Shown here: piece by piece, positions 24,716 through 38,810 of the stretch | Numbering within the stretch: the first letter of the stretch is position 1 | Layout: each line of letters opens with the position of its first letter | Source: Octopus vulgaris | Taxonomy: Eukaryota | NCBI GenBank assembly: GCA_951406725.2 | Contig: OX597834.1 | Coordinates: 41,168,001-41,232,000, forward strand | DNA length: 64,000 nucleotides | Direction of reading: 5' to 3' | Notes under the pieces: model-generated | What the model was told of the DNA's origin: nothing | Seen by the model: only the letters and a program-made list of their open reading frames with translations | Database searches by the model: none | Program-made: the position numbers and the translations under genes

Positions 24716-26788
24716 TACATGTACCACTCTAACAGACAGTTGCATAGGCTACGGGGGGGGGAGCTTGTAGACTTTATAGAAGGTCACTTAACCTACTAGA
24801 AATAGAAACCAAATTTTCCTAAAATTACAATCGAAGAGTCCTGTGCTGATGCCGCATAAAATGCACTTGTGCTGTTGCCATGTGAAAGAATGCTCTTGTC
24901 GGTGGTTCGTTAATAGTACCTGGCACATGCTGTAAAGTGGTTGGCATTAGGAAGGGCATCAAGCCATAGAAACCAAGTAAAAATCAGACTGGAACCTGGT
25001 ACAGCTTCACAGCTTCCCAGACCCTGGTCAAACCGTCCAACCCATGCTAGCATGGAAAGCAGCTGTTAAAGGATGGTGGTGGTGGTGGTGATGATGATGA
25101 TGTTTAGCCCTGAGTTAGCTATTATGAATGGGTAGTTCCATGATCAAAGCTGTTTCAACCATGATCATCTTGACATTTTGTATATTGGGTATTACACTGC
25201 TTAATAAACCTTTCTTTGTTTAAAATGGTAGGGTGAGATTTGAGGGAAATTTGGCTGCTATTTCTTAAAAGATCAAGTGACTGTATAGACACTATCTAGA
25301 AACCATGGTGTAAGATTTCAAGTTAGGAATCCATAGGGAGCATTTCAGTACTTTTTGACAGGTTTGGTCTTTGGATTGCTGGTGCCCTCCTTACATGTAT
25401 ATATTTTAAAAGTTTTCATTTGGAGTAAAGTCAGGAAACATAAAATTAAGGTATTATCACAATTTATTATATGTGGCTGTTTGGTTAAGAAGCTTGCTTT
25501 GCAGCCATGGGATTTAGGGTTCAGTCCCACTGCATACCACCTTGGGCAAGTGTTTTCTACTATAGCCCTGGGCTGACTAATACCCTCTGAGTAAATTTGG
25601 TGGATGAAAACTGTGGACGCCTATTAGATGTGTGTGTGTGTGTGTGTATCTTTATGTTTGTCCTCTTCTTCTCACTGCTCAACATCCAGTGTTTGTTTGT
25701 TTATGTCCCTATAAACAGTTTGGCTGTTTAGCGAAAGAGTTTCGCAGTTTGGCGAAAGAGGCTGATAGAATAGGTACTAGACTTTAAAAAAAATAAGTAC
25801 TGGAGATGATTTGTTTGACTAAATACTTCAAGACGGTGCCCCAGAATGGCCACAGTGCAATGGCTGAAGAACAAGTAAAAGATGGGAATACAGTGATTGT
25901 TTTATTTTCGTCTTCCACCCACGGTGCCACCCAAGTATGGGTGATGTCTGCATTGCCAGTTCTTTCAACCGACCCAGCTTGTTGTGGCCAATTTATTTCA
26001 GTACCCATGATATATTGTTTACGCTTGAGAAAGGCCCTCACCCGTTGCACAATCTCATTCCACTCCCTTACAGTTTTAAGTTATTGTCAATAAGTTACAA
26101 GTTGCTAATTATTTATATTATTGTCTCGCCTTCTTGGCTACATTGATGTAGTTGAAGTTTATTGCTTAAACTCGAGACCACATTACGAATATACACACAC
26201 ACACACACCTCATACGCATATTAATATAAACACTTACAGACACAGACTTATACACATTTTCGTATGTGTATATACATACCTTGACACTCGCTCTTCATTG
26301 ACACAGTTGTGGGTGGGTCTCTCTCGCTTCAGTAACCATATATATTTCATTTTCTCACACATACCTCCTCCTCCACTATCCAGTTGTATGGTAAGAGAAA
26401 TAGAAGAAATATTTGAACTTTTTCAAGTGTTTAACCTTTCAAAGGTATGGAAGTGTCTTCTAGAAATAATTTGTTGTACAGATTAGTCCTTGATCTTTGA
26501 CACAACTCACCTCAGAGCACTGGGGTTTGTGTGATCAAAGAAAATATTGTCTCGGTGTTGTATTTAGTGGCTGATTGATGGTAGATAACTGAAATACTAG
26601 TCTGACACCTAATCCACTTATTTTCTCATCCAGGCTTCTGCTCTGCAATGAAATCTGCTGAAATACTCATAAAATATTAAGCATTTATGCAAACAATTTT
26701 ATGACTCCCTAAACCTTTCTCTACTAGAGGGCAGTATATAAAGACTGATGGCAATATCATTGTTTTAAGAGTGTAATATAGTGCCATG

Positions 26789-26820
<32 letters not shown>

Positions 26821-28503
26821 AATCAATGCCCAAGGTGTCACGCAGTGGGATTGAACCTGAAACCCTGTGATTGAGAAACAAGCTTCTTACCACACAGCCA
26901 CTTCAAAATATCAAGTTTGTACCATAGAACTAGGGGTGGTTTTAGGCAGGTTGGTATCCAAAGGGATGAGGCATTGAATTGGCAGAACTGTTGGAGTGTG
27001 GAATAAAATATCTAGCAGTAGTTTTTTCGGCTTTCTGCAATCTGAGTTCAAATCCCGCTGAGGTCAACTTTGCCTTTCACCTTTTAGGGACATCACTCTG
27101 TTTTATTTATACTCTTTGTCACATTTACCTTGAAAAGACAGCATTGGGTAGAGAGGACTCTACTTGCAAAGGACAAGGCAATATCAGTAGTGATGGTGCC
27201 ATGGAAAAATGTATCTAGTAAAATGTATCCTTGTGAAGGGATTGGTGTTAGGAATGGCATCTAACCATAGAAACTATGCCAAAAATGGAACATTACAGGT
27301 GAGATGTGATCTGATTGGGAACTCAGTTGATTAAACAACGGAATGGTCATTATAAAAGACAGAGAATCCACCAGAATATCTACAAACCCTTATCCATTTT
27401 CTGAAAGTTGGAATGATATGGGTTTGAGAGAGATTTTGCTTCTATTTCTAGCAGATGGCTTGTTGTAGCCATATTGTACAGCCGTTTAATCCTGATGGTT
27501 CTGTTAGTTGTGCTGCTTTTGAGAGGGTTAACTGCTGTCGGTATACTAACAGTGTTTATTGCCTGTATCAATTTAGATGAACCCCTTTTTTTCTTTTCTT
27601 TTTTTTTTCTGTTTTGCTCAAGTCTTATGACCTTTTGAAATAAAGGGGAGAAAAATGAAATAATGATCTGAGATTGCCACATCGGCTAATGCCATACCCT
27701 TACCCCGCAGCCTCCTTTCCATTCTATCACCCCATTCAATCTCTTGTTTACTTCATCAAATGACTAGGAACGGCTATCATAACTGCTACCGCCACCGCGA
27801 CCCTCTCTATCACCACCACCACAACCACCGCCAACACCACTACCACAATTACTACTACCACCACCACCATGATAATCTTCAGCATCACCATAATCTTCTA
27901 ACCATCACCACCATGATTACTCTTCTCTTCACTTCCATACACCTTCATCTTCTCTTCTCTACCATTTTACCATTATCTACTATTACTACTACTACTACAC
28001 ACATATACATACACATGTGCACAGACACACACACACACACACATACCTACTAACACACCCTCCTCCTCTTCATTGTTGCCCCTCTTTATCCAGATGACAT
28101 GATTCTCCCATCCTGTCCACTCCATCTGACATTTAGTTGTTTTTATGGATTGGCAGAATGGGTAGAGAATATCATGTTGAGCAAAATGCTCTACCTATGT
28201 CTGTGTTTATATATGTATATATATTTATTAATATACGCATATGTGTGTGTGTGTATGTATGTATATATATAGATAGATATGTGCATGTATGTACTTATAT
28301 ATATATAAAATTGTGTATGTATATATATGTGTGTAGTTATTTATGTATATATATCTATAAATGCATACATACATATGTATGTATGCATATAAGTTTATGT
28401 ATATTTATGTGTATATATATGCATGTTTTTATATATATATATATGCATGTATAAGTATTTGTGTATATATATATATATATATATATTTATTAATATTTAT
28501 ATA

Positions 28504-28542
<39 letters not shown>

Positions 28543-28561
28543 TTGTATATATATATATATG

Positions 28562-28606
<45 letters not shown>

Positions 28607-28940
28607 AAGTACAAAATGGGACAAGAACACAAAACATCCAGAAGACGATACCTCTATAGTAAAGCAGTAGGTTTAAAGAGAAGTTGCAATGATCTAAATC
28701 AGCTAATAGTAAAAATTCAAATAGTTTGCTAAGTGGTATAAGTTACTTTGTCATGAGCAAGGAGGGAGGTTTAATATTTTGGGCAGAAAACTCTTCATCA
28801 TCTGAGAATCCCCTGTTGTTATTCCCTGGAGAAACATCAGCTCTATTTATTTTTGTTTTTGTAGCTTGTTACTTTATATATTGTCATTTTGTATATATTG
28901 GACTACATGGCCCAATATTACATCCTTGTGTCTGTGTTGC

Positions 28941-29069
28941 TTACGAACCACATGGTTCTGGGTTCAGTCTCACTGCATGGCACCTTGGGCAAGTGTCTTC
29001 TACTATAGCCTCGGGCCGACCAAAGCCTTGTGAGTGGATTTGGTAGACAGAAACTGAAAAAAACCCGTC

Positions 29070-29127
<58 letters not shown>

Positions 29128-29366
29128 AAATATATATGTATGTATGCATGTGTATATGTTTGTGTCTGTGTTTGTCCCCCCACCGTCGCTTGATAACCGA
29201 TGCCGGTGTGTTTACGTCCCCGTGAGATAGCGGTTCGGCAAAAGAGACCGTTAGAATAAGTACTAGGCTTACAAAGAATAAGTCCTGGGGTCGATTTGCC
29301 CGACTTAAGGCGGTGCTCCAGCATGGCCACAATCACATGACTGAAACAAGTAAAAGAGTAAAAGAG
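28941..29366 (+). mobile_element. Family A SINE
   Basis: High similarity to the reverse complement of 2157-2580, with an internal (TA)n. Confidence 0.85.
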
Positions 29367-29911
29367 AGTAATCATCCTGCATGAATCTAGAACAATGCTT
29401 CTCAATGATTTTTTGCCTATGGACCTCCTTAATTCCTATTTTAATCAACTGGACCCCTTAGCCATTTGATATTTAAGAAAAAAAGCCCATTTTATTTTTA
29501 TAACTAAATATTATCAGCCCCCCCCCAGTCCCAGGTCATTATCGATCCTGGTTGAAAACCTCTGATCTGCAACTATCTTATCCAATATGTCCTCCTCTGT
29601 TGTCATTTAGTTCTGGATTAATCCTGTTTGAGTAGACATATGATCAAACGTATTCCAGCCATGACTATCCCATCTTATTTTTTTAGACATAGTATATTTA
29701 GGAGTAGACTATCCAATGTTTTCCTCTTGTGGTGGTTATGTAACCTCAGGTCAACTCTATTCAAAAAGACCTTTGATCAGAAGTGATTTCAGCCATGACC
29801 ATCCAACCTCATATTCAGATATAGTGAGGCTCATCATTATCCAATATGTTGTAGCCATTTGCTAGATTGTGGACTAATTATCTGTGAGGTGCCACTCAGC
29901 AGCAGATGCAG

Positions 29912-30248
29912 TGGAGGCGCAATGGCCCAATGGTTAGGGCAGTGGACTCGCGGTTGGAGGATCGTGGTTTCGATTCCCTGACCGGGCGTCGTGTGTGTTT
30001 ATTGAGTGAAAACACCTAAAGCTCCACGAGGCTCCGGCAGGGGGTGGTGGCGACCCCTGTTGTACTCTTTCGCTCCAACTTTCTCTCACTCTTTCTTCCA
30101 GTTTCTTGTCCCTGACTTCCTACGCAACCGCTGAGCCTGGATGTGCATTCATCCATCTGTTGATGCTCTCGGTGTCGGGGGTTGACCTGCTTTCTCTTCT
30201 GTGGGTCTTACGAATAGCAAAGGACCATGGTTCGGACCGGACCGCTCA
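29912..30248 (+). mobile_element. tRNA-derived SINE family E with 16-bp target-site duplication
   Basis: Head ggaggcgcaatggcccaatggttaggg...ggtttcgattcc. TSD tcagcagcagatgcag at 29896-29911 and 30249-30264. Confidence 0.9.
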
Positions 30249-30740
30249 TCAGCAGCAGATGCAGCTCATTTTTAGTTGAGTGGAAATAAGGTACCACTTT
30301 GTCAAGGAATCAAACCCTTGACTATCTGATCGTGAGTCTCAAGCAAACCCCCTATGTCACACAAGTTCACCTCTGTGGTGTATCCAGAACACCACTATCC
30401 AACATGTCTTCTCTTTTAATAAGACCCTACGGTGGTGTGTGATTTACGGAATGAATTTCACTGTTATTTCTAGCAAATCAAATGTCCATGTCAATCCTCT
30501 GTTATTCGCTCATGGTGCTGTGTAGTGGTGACCCAGTTAAGCTTGTCAGGTGAGCCATCTAATGAGCCAGGTAAGATAATGAATTCATTATACTGCTGTT
30601 GCTCTCTCTCCCTGTTCACCCAACCAGAAACTACAGACAGCTTTAGTTCTTTTAAAATTATATTTCAGCTGATTCATTGCATTTTTTTTTTTCATTTCTT
30701 TCTTCTGTTTTCATTGTCATTATAATTACTCACAAACACA

Positions 30741-30785
<45 letters not shown>

Positions 30786-30877
30786 AAGTGTTTGAATGTA
30801 TATTTAGATGTGTATGCTTATCTGTCTGCCTGTATATGTGCGTGTGTGTGTGTGCTTACATATGCTCATATGGGACA

Positions 30878-31660
30878 CATGGTGTCCCAAAAAGCGTATA
30901 CACACACATTCAATGATTATAAAGTCAGTGTTTATTAAAATGTGTTCAAAATTTACTAAAATCCACAAAATTTAATTTTTTTAATGAATGCTTGTTTTCA
31001 AACCGATGACCGTTCTGGTCCAGGCTCTGCTAAGAACATGAAGCAATGGAACCGCAGACATCAAGAAACGTGTTGTTTCTTCATGTACTCATGTACTCTT
31101 GTACTCACTTGCTTTTAAGGTCTACCCTCAATTCATTGACCATTGACAGTTTTATAATATAAACTTCATCTTTTAAACATCTCCATAAAAATGTCTAATG
31201 GTGCGAGATCTGATCAATGTGGAGGGTATTCTACTGAACTTTTTTGTCCGGTCCACATGTTTGGAAAAATCTCATCAAGGTGGCCCCTTGCAGTTACTAT
31301 GATAGTGTGGTGGTGCTCCATCTTGCTGGAAATAAAACTCCACATCTTCAAAGTCCTCTTGAACGCTGACATGACAGATTATTGCAGCAAGTTCAAGTAA
31401 ATGGGTCCAATTAATCCCTTTGATGATAAGCTGCCAATGCTGTACAAGTAACTCCTGGTAAATTCACATAATGTTCTGCTGTAATATATGGAATCTCAGA
31501 TCCTCAACAGGTGCAATTGTGGAAGTTAGGTTGAGCCTTTTGATTTAAATGTAGCCTCATCACTCCAAACAATCTTTGTTTGAAAGTGTGCATCTATGCA
31601 TTTTGACAAGTGCTGCTTGCAAAACCCCACTTTTCAGTCCAGATTATCTTCAATGATGAT
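30878..31660 (-). pseudogene. Decayed Tc1/mariner-superfamily transposase
   Basis: The minus strand reads FQQDGAPPHY (about 31300-31331), then after a frameshift HLDEIFPNMWTG..SVEYPPH*SDLAPLD. These match the QDGA and WPPxSPDLxPxD catalytic motifs. TIR-like ggtgtcccaaaaa near 30881. Confidence 0.8.
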
Positions 31661-31981
31661 CCTTTTGCATGCAGCTATGGCTATGTGATTAAGGAGTTTG
31701 CTTCTCAACCACATGGTATTGGGTTCTGTCTAATTGCTTGGCACTTTAGGTAAATGTCTTTTACAACAATCTTGGGTCAAACAAAGGCTTTTTAACCCAA
31801 TAGAATAAACACCAGACTTAAAAAAAGAAAAAAAAAAGAAGTACTGGGGCGGAATTGTTTGAATAAACCCTTCAAGGTTCAGCGTGGTTATAGTCCACTG
31901 CCTGAAACAAGTAATATAAAAAGGATGTGTGTATATATATATATGTTCTTTAAATAAAGAAATTATATATCCATCAATGCA

Positions 31982-32137
31982 GTGTGGCTGTGTGGTAAGA
32001 AGCTTGCTTCCCGACCACATGGTTCTGGGTTCAGTCCCACTGCGTGACACCTTGGGCAAGTGTCATCTACTACAGCTTCAGGCTGACCAAAGCCTTGTGA
32101 GTGGATTTGGTAGACAGAAACTGGAAAGAAGCCCATC

Positions 32138-32169
<32 letters not shown>

Positions 32170-32360
32170 CTGTGTTTGCCTCTCCACCATCACTTAACCA
32201 ATGTTGGTGTGTTTACATCCTCGTAACTTAGCAGTTCGGCAAAAGGGACTGATAGAATAAGTATTGGGCTTAAAAAAAGAATAAATCCTGGGGTTGATTT
32301 GTTCGACTAAATGTGATGCTCCAGCATGGCCGCAGTCAAATGACTGAAACAAGTAAAAAA
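31982..32360 (+). mobile_element. Family A SINE
   Basis: gtggctgtgtggtaagaagc head through gactgaaacaagtaaaa. Confidence 0.85.
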
Positions 32361-32735
32361 GAATATCTTTTTTTTATTACTTGCTTCAGTCCATGGGTAT
32401 CATCATCATCATCATCGTTTAACGTCCACTTTCCATGCTAGCATGGGTTGGACGGTTCAACTGGGGTCTGGCAAGGCCGAAGGCTGCACCAGGCCAGTCA
32501 GTACATACATATATAGGTATATATTTATATATATATATAGGTGTATATATATATATACTCCCTAATATTATATATATAATAATAATAATATTAGGGAGTA
32601 AATCCAAACTTACAGGGAAAAATTAGATTTAGGATTAAATATATTTTTATATATTTTTTATTAATTAATTTTATTTCTATGTATTGGTTTATGATTTTCA
32701 CTGTTTGATTTGCCTAATAGTGGTTTTATCTCAAG

Positions 32736-32767
<32 letters not shown>

Positions 32768-32770
<3 letters not shown>

Positions 32771-33062
32771 CGTGACCGACCAGGCTATCAGATGTTGCTA
32801 CACATCGCTGGTCACAATGCGTTTCACATCGTTTTAGCCTTTAAATGACGCCACCCCACTGGCTAAGTGAGCAGGCCAACAGAAGAATGAGTGAGAGAAA
32901 GTTGCGGCGAAAGAGTACAGCAGGGATTGCCACCACCCCCTGCCGGAGCCTCATGGATCTTTAGGTGTTTTCGCTCAATAAACACTCGCAATGCCTAGTC
33001 TAGGAATCGAAACCGTGATCCTATGACCGCGAGTCTGCTGCCCTAACCACTGGGCCATTGCG
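32768..33062 (-). mobile_element. Family E SINE with a different 3' tail
   Basis: Head homologous to 29912; embedded in (TA)n. Confidence 0.8.
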
Positions 33063-33657
33063 AGATATATATATATATATATATATATACATATCATTGT
33101 CATCATCATTTAACATCTGTTTTCCATGCTGGCATGGGTTGGTTGGTTTGACAGGAGCTGGCAAAGTCCAGAGCCATATCAGGTTCCTTAACCTGGTTTT
33201 GGCTTGGTTCCTATAGCCGGATGCCCTTCCTAACACCGACCGCTTTACAGACTGTACTGGGAGCTTTTTACGTGGCCCCAGGTACCACTACTTTTTACAC
33301 ATACACACTCACACACACCTGTGTGTATGTGTATGGCTGAAACTTTGAAGTCACTGTCAACAACATTCTTGTATAAGAATAATAAATTGGGATTCTGCAA
33401 CGGAATAAAGGAATCCATTGGGATTAATGTAAAATTGTTTTTAGTGTAACTGAACATAAATAAACATTACTGTGTGTGTGTGTGTGTGTAAGGTCCCCCC
33501 CCCCACCTGCAACAATGGATTCTCACTTAAATTCTCACCTGTTGCAGAGGTGCAGCAATGTGTACATGAGTGTACATGTGTGAGTGTTTCATTGGCCCAG
33601 GGGCCGGAGAGCGAGTGAAAGAAACAGAGAGAGAGAGAGTGAGTGAGTAGGTGTGTG

Positions 33658-33693
<36 letters not shown>

Positions 33694-33816
33694 GTGCAAT
33701 TTGAACTGATTTTTGTCTTAAAATTTGTTTTATTTTTTAAAAAAAATTTCTTTTCTTCTATTTTTTTTCTTAGCATTGTTAGATTACCTGAAAAACAGGC
33801 CCTGCTACATGCATGC

Positions 33817-33857
<41 letters not shown>

Positions 33858-34703
33858 GTGAGTGTATATACATACATTCACTCACACACACACATATGCA
33901 TACATACACATACACATTCATGCACACACACATACACACCTACCTTTTTTTTTTTTGAAACTGTTTCTATTAGCAACCAGGTATTGCCACTGTTATTCCT
34001 GCCCCCACTGCCATCAGCAATGAACCCCCCCCCCCCCCCCCACTGCCGCCACCACCATCACCAACACCACCACCACATTACTACCACCAAAACAGCAACA
34101 ACAGGGACCAGTACGGCTATCATCACTGCCACCACCACTATGCTATTACTGCCACCACTACCACCACCACCACCACCACCACCACATTACTACCACCAAA
34201 ACAGCAACAACAGGGACCAGTACGGCTATCATCGCTGCCACCACCACCACCATGCTATTACTGCCACCACTACCACTACCACCACCACCACCACCACCAC
34301 CACCACCACCACTTATACTAAACCCACTGCCACCATTGTCCTTGCCATTACTATGTGTCATACCTACCATGCACTACACACCAGTGTGTGCGTGTGTGTG
34401 TGTGTGTGTGAAGTTTTGCTGGGGAAGTTTGTTTTTGGTCCCTCAGTGGCTGTGTCCCACTCCCCCTCCACTGTTTTTATGTAATCCGCTCCCTCTTCTG
34501 TTTTGCAATTTGCCTTTCAAATGTACTTACCTTACCCCCGTTACACAACCCTGGCTGGGAGTGGAGAGGCAGAATTGTTAGCATGTGTCAACAGAAATAT
34601 CTTCTGCTACTTACTTACGACTTTTTAAGTACTGAGTTCAAATCCTGCCAAGGTCTACTTTGCTTGTCATCCTTCCATGGGAGTGGGCAGTGAATTAAAG
34701 TAC

Positions 34704-34924
34704 CTATTTCTTTACTACCCACAAGGGGCTAAACACAGATAGGACAAACAAGGACAGACAAACGGATTAAGTCGATTATATCGACCCCATTGCGTAACTG
34801 GTACTTATTTAATCGACCCCAAAAGGATGAAAGGCAAAGTCGACCTCGGCGGAATTTGAACTCAGAACATAACAGCAGACGAAATACCACTAAGCATTTC
34901 ACCCGGCGTGCTAACGTTTCTGCC
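34704..34924 (-). mobile_element. Family C SINE monomer nested in an older SINE
   Basis: TSD cagtgaa(t/a)taaagtac at 34688-34703 and 34924-34939. Confidence 0.85.
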
Positions 34925-35644
34925 AGTGAAATAAAGTACTGGTTAAGTACTGGGGTCAGTTTAATCCACTGTTTTCCCTCCTTCTCCCTCAAAATTTCTG
35001 GCATTGTGCCTATATTAGAAATAATCGTTATTATAATTACGGTTATACTGAATATGCTGAATAAAAATCATAATTAACTGATCCTCCTGTATTTTCTTTT
35101 ACCTAAAGTCAGGAACTTTTCAACACCCCTTTATATATAATCTTCCCCCCCCCCAAAAAAAAAACCAACTGTGAAGTTTTGAAGATTGGGATCATTAACT
35201 ATGCACCTTCTCAAATTTGAACCCCTGTACCTATATTGGAAATGACTCAGGGTGTAAAACACAGTTCTTGGTGGTATTTTTAACTTCTAATTTAAATCTT
35301 GCTGAGCAGTTTCCACCTATCAAATCATGGTCGGCCCATGGCTATAGTAGAATATAATCGCCCAAGGTGCCATGCAGTGGCTTGAACCTAAAAATCATGT
35401 GGCTGAAAAGCAAACTTCTTAACCACACAACCATATATAATTATAATTATATACTTAGAAATTAATTTTACCAATATGGTAGTTTTTTTTATATGCTGGC
35501 CACTGATATAATAATTTTAATGATTATATCCTCATTTTATAAGTATATTTATATATATATATATATATGTATACCGGAGTAAACACATAAATGTGAAACA
35601 AGATGGAAAAAAGAGTACTCAAATACCAGTGGTAGAGTAATATG

Positions 35645-35748
35645 CTTTATTTAAAGCAGCAGAAAATTCAACAAAACCTGTTACTCTGAGTTTCACGTGA
35701 AACTCAGAGTAACAGGTTTTGTTGAATTTTCTGCTGCTTTAAATAAAG
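35645..35748. repeat. Perfect 104-bp palindrome
   Basis: 52-bp arms with no spacer, centred on cac|gtg at 35696/35697. Confidence 0.97.
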
Positions 35749-36115
35749 TATATATATATATATATATATATGCAGGAAAGCTCTAGACTGGAAGCTTTAG
35801 ATTTGAACTTCTGTGGTTTAGTCCAGGGCTTGAATAATTAATAAATTCTGTGGACCTTAAGTGCTGTATTTGCATTACCTTGTTGGCAAATATAAGCATC
35901 ATTTTCCTAGTGGCAAGCTTGCAGCATCGTTAGCGCATTGCATAAAGTGTTTGTCAGCATTTTATCTGTTTTTTTTATATTCTGAGTTCAAATGCTGCTG
36001 GGATCAAGTTTGCCTTTCATCATTCTGGGGTCGACAAAATAGGTATCAGTTTAGCACTGGGCTTGATGTAATTGATTAGTACCCCTCCCTTAAAAAATTT
36101 CAGTCCTTGAGCCTG

Positions 36116-36142
36116 TAGGAGAAAGAGTTATTATCATTATTA

Positions 36143-36177
<35 letters not shown>

Positions 36178-36715
36178 GAGTGGGAGAGCAGTGCATGCCA
36201 TCAAAGTAACACTGGGGTAAAATATACGAAACCCAATACACTTATCTTTACTGCCCATCTGATAAGAGTACACTAAGCACATGCATCGCAACCATATGTG
36301 CGTGACATGGTGATCTCATATCAAGATAAACAGTGCATGACCTTGCAGGTGGGGGCGCAGTTAGAATTTTCTTCTGGTCAAGTAGCCCATCCCGCTCAAA
36401 AGGTCCTTGAATAAGGATTGTTTAAGGATGTTGAATGAAACACCCATGTTTCCAAAGGTGAATTATCCAAACCTCTAAGAATTCCTTTCAACCCAAGGCT
36501 ATGATGCTCCCCCACTACTTCTGCTCATGATCAGAGATGCACATATCGCCAGCCACTAAGGGACATGCTCAACTGGTTAAGGTCAAACAACTGACAAGCA
36601 AATCTGTGGTATTGAGCAGAATATTTGCTGTAGCCCCTCTTTTATACCAAGACAAAACAATGTACATAACACTTGCAATCAGTTAAGATCAGAAGCCACG
36701 AGAGCCACTGCCTGG

Positions 36716-36747
<32 letters not shown>

Positions 36748-36975
36748 TTATCATCATCATCTAAGATGGCAAGCTTGCAGAATCCTTAGCATGCTGGGCA
36801 AAATTCTCATCTGCATTTCATCTGTCTTTACGTTCTGAGTTCAAATTCCACCTAGGTCAAGTTTGCCTTTCATCATTCTGGGGTCGATAAATAGGTATCA
36901 GTTTAACACTGGGCTTGATGTAATCAACTAGTCCCCTCCCTCCAAAATTTCAGGCCTTATACTTTAGGAGAAAGA

Positions 36976-37038
<63 letters not shown>

Positions 37039-37575
37039 GAGTGGGAGAGCAGTGCATGCCATCAAAGTAACACTGGGGTAAAATATACGAAACCCAATAC
37101 ACTTATCTTTACTGCCCATCTGATAAGAGTACACTAAGCACATGCATCGCAACCATATGTGCGTGACATGGTGATCTCATATCAAGATAAACAGTGCATG
37201 ACCTTGCAGGTGGGGCGCAGTTAGAATTTTCTTCTGGTCAAGTAGCCCATCCCGCTCAAAAGGTCCTTGAATAAGGATTGTTTAAGGATGTTGAATGAAA
37301 CACCCATGTTTCCAAAGGTGAATTATCCAAACCTCTAAGAATTCCTTTCAACCCAAGGCTATGATGCTCCCCCACTACTTCTGCTCATGATCAGAGATGC
37401 ACATATCGCCAGCCACTAAGGGACATGCTCAACTGGTTAAGGTCAAACAACTGACAAGCAAATCTGTGGTATTGAGCAGAATATTTGCTGTAGCCCCTCT
37501 TTTATACCAAGACAAAACAATGTACATAACACTTGCAATCAGTTAAGATCAGAAGCCACGAGAGCCACTGCCTGG

Positions 37576-37607
<32 letters not shown>

Positions 37608-37826
37608 TTATCATCATCATCTAAGATGGCAAGCTTGCAGAATCCTTAGCATGCTGGGCAAAATTCTCATCTGCATTTCATCTGTCTTTACGTTCTGAGT
37701 TCAAATTCCACCTAGGTCGACTTTGCTTTTCATCCTTTTGGGGTCGATAAATTAAGTACCAGTGAAACATTGGGGTCGATGTAATCAACTAGTCCCCTCC
37801 CTCCAAAATTTCAGGCCTTATACTTT
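36116..37826. repeat. Near-identical tandem duplication of about 860 bp
   Basis: gagtgggagagcagtgcatg at 36178 and 37039; ctaagatggc at 36761 and 37621. Each unit is (ATT)n, an ~540-bp element, (TAC)n and a SINE. Confidence 0.95.
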
Positions 37827-37876
37827 TAGTGGAGAAGTTTATTATTATCATTATTATTATTATTATTATTATTATA

Positions 37877-38047
37877 TTGCCTTTGCACAGCTTCTAACGC
37901 TGGAGATGTACTACGGTGTCATGTGTTCACTACCAGTGAACTAAGGTAACACTCCTTATTTTTCGAGCACCATCCGGAGTATTCGAGCAGTTCCAAGCAG
38001 TGCTGTTTTCTGCAAGTGCTCCACCCTTTTTCAGCGTCCACAACTGC
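37877..38047 (-). mobile_element. 3' end of an R4/Dong-like (RLE) non-LTR retrotransposon inserted in (TAA)n
   Basis: The minus strand encodes RVEHLQKTALLGTARILRMVLEK*, the characteristic C-terminus. It is flanked on both sides by (ATT)n. Confidence 0.75.
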
Positions 38048-38107
38048 TTATATTATTATTATCATTATTATTATTATTATTATTCATTATTATTATTATT
38101 ATTATTA

Positions 38108-38140
<33 letters not shown>

Positions 38141-38168
38141 CGTCATTATTTTTATTATTATTATCATT

Positions 38169-38199
<31 letters not shown>

Positions 38200-38238
38200 T
38201 TATTATCATTATTATTATTATTATTATTATTATCATTA

Positions 38239-38270
<32 letters not shown>

Positions 38271-38274
38271 TTTA

Positions 38275-38308
<34 letters not shown>

Positions 38309-38592
38309 CGTCATTATTTTTATTATTTATGCTATTATTTTGAATACCATACCATTGCTTCTACCACTACTACCACCACCTCAACACACACACACACTAC
38401 TACTACTACTACTACTACTGCTACTGCTACTACTACTACTACTCACCTTTATTGCAGTCAATTATATATACCTGTCTGGCCTACATTTCTGCTCAGTGAT
38501 ATCACCTGTTTGAATTTATGGTGAAGACTGGTTGGAGGTAAAGGTGGTGGTGGTGGTAACAACAACAACAACAACGCCGATGAAGGTAATGA

Positions 38593-38626
<34 letters not shown>

Positions 38627-38658
38627 GGTGGTAGTAGTAGCTGTTATGGTGATGATGA

Positions 38659-38689
<31 letters not shown>

Positions 38690-38810
38690 GGCAGTAGTAG
38701 TAGTAGTAGTAGTAGTGGCAGTAGTAGTAGTAGTAGTCAATGATGGTGATGTTGTAGTTGTAGTGTTGGTTATTTGGGAGGTAAGGTGGTGGTCGGTGGT
38801 AGCAGTGTGA
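38048..38810. repeat. Compound (ATT)n, (ACT)n, (GTG/GAT/GTA)n microsatellite block
   Basis: Seen directly in the sequence. Confidence 0.95.

Noticed and set aside
25784-26093. 88-95 aa ORFs on both strands
   Set aside because: They partly overlap a SINE and show no recognisable domain or splice context.
28790-28845. Hammerhead-like ctgagaa…gaaac
   Set aside because: The core is non-canonical and there are no convincing stems.
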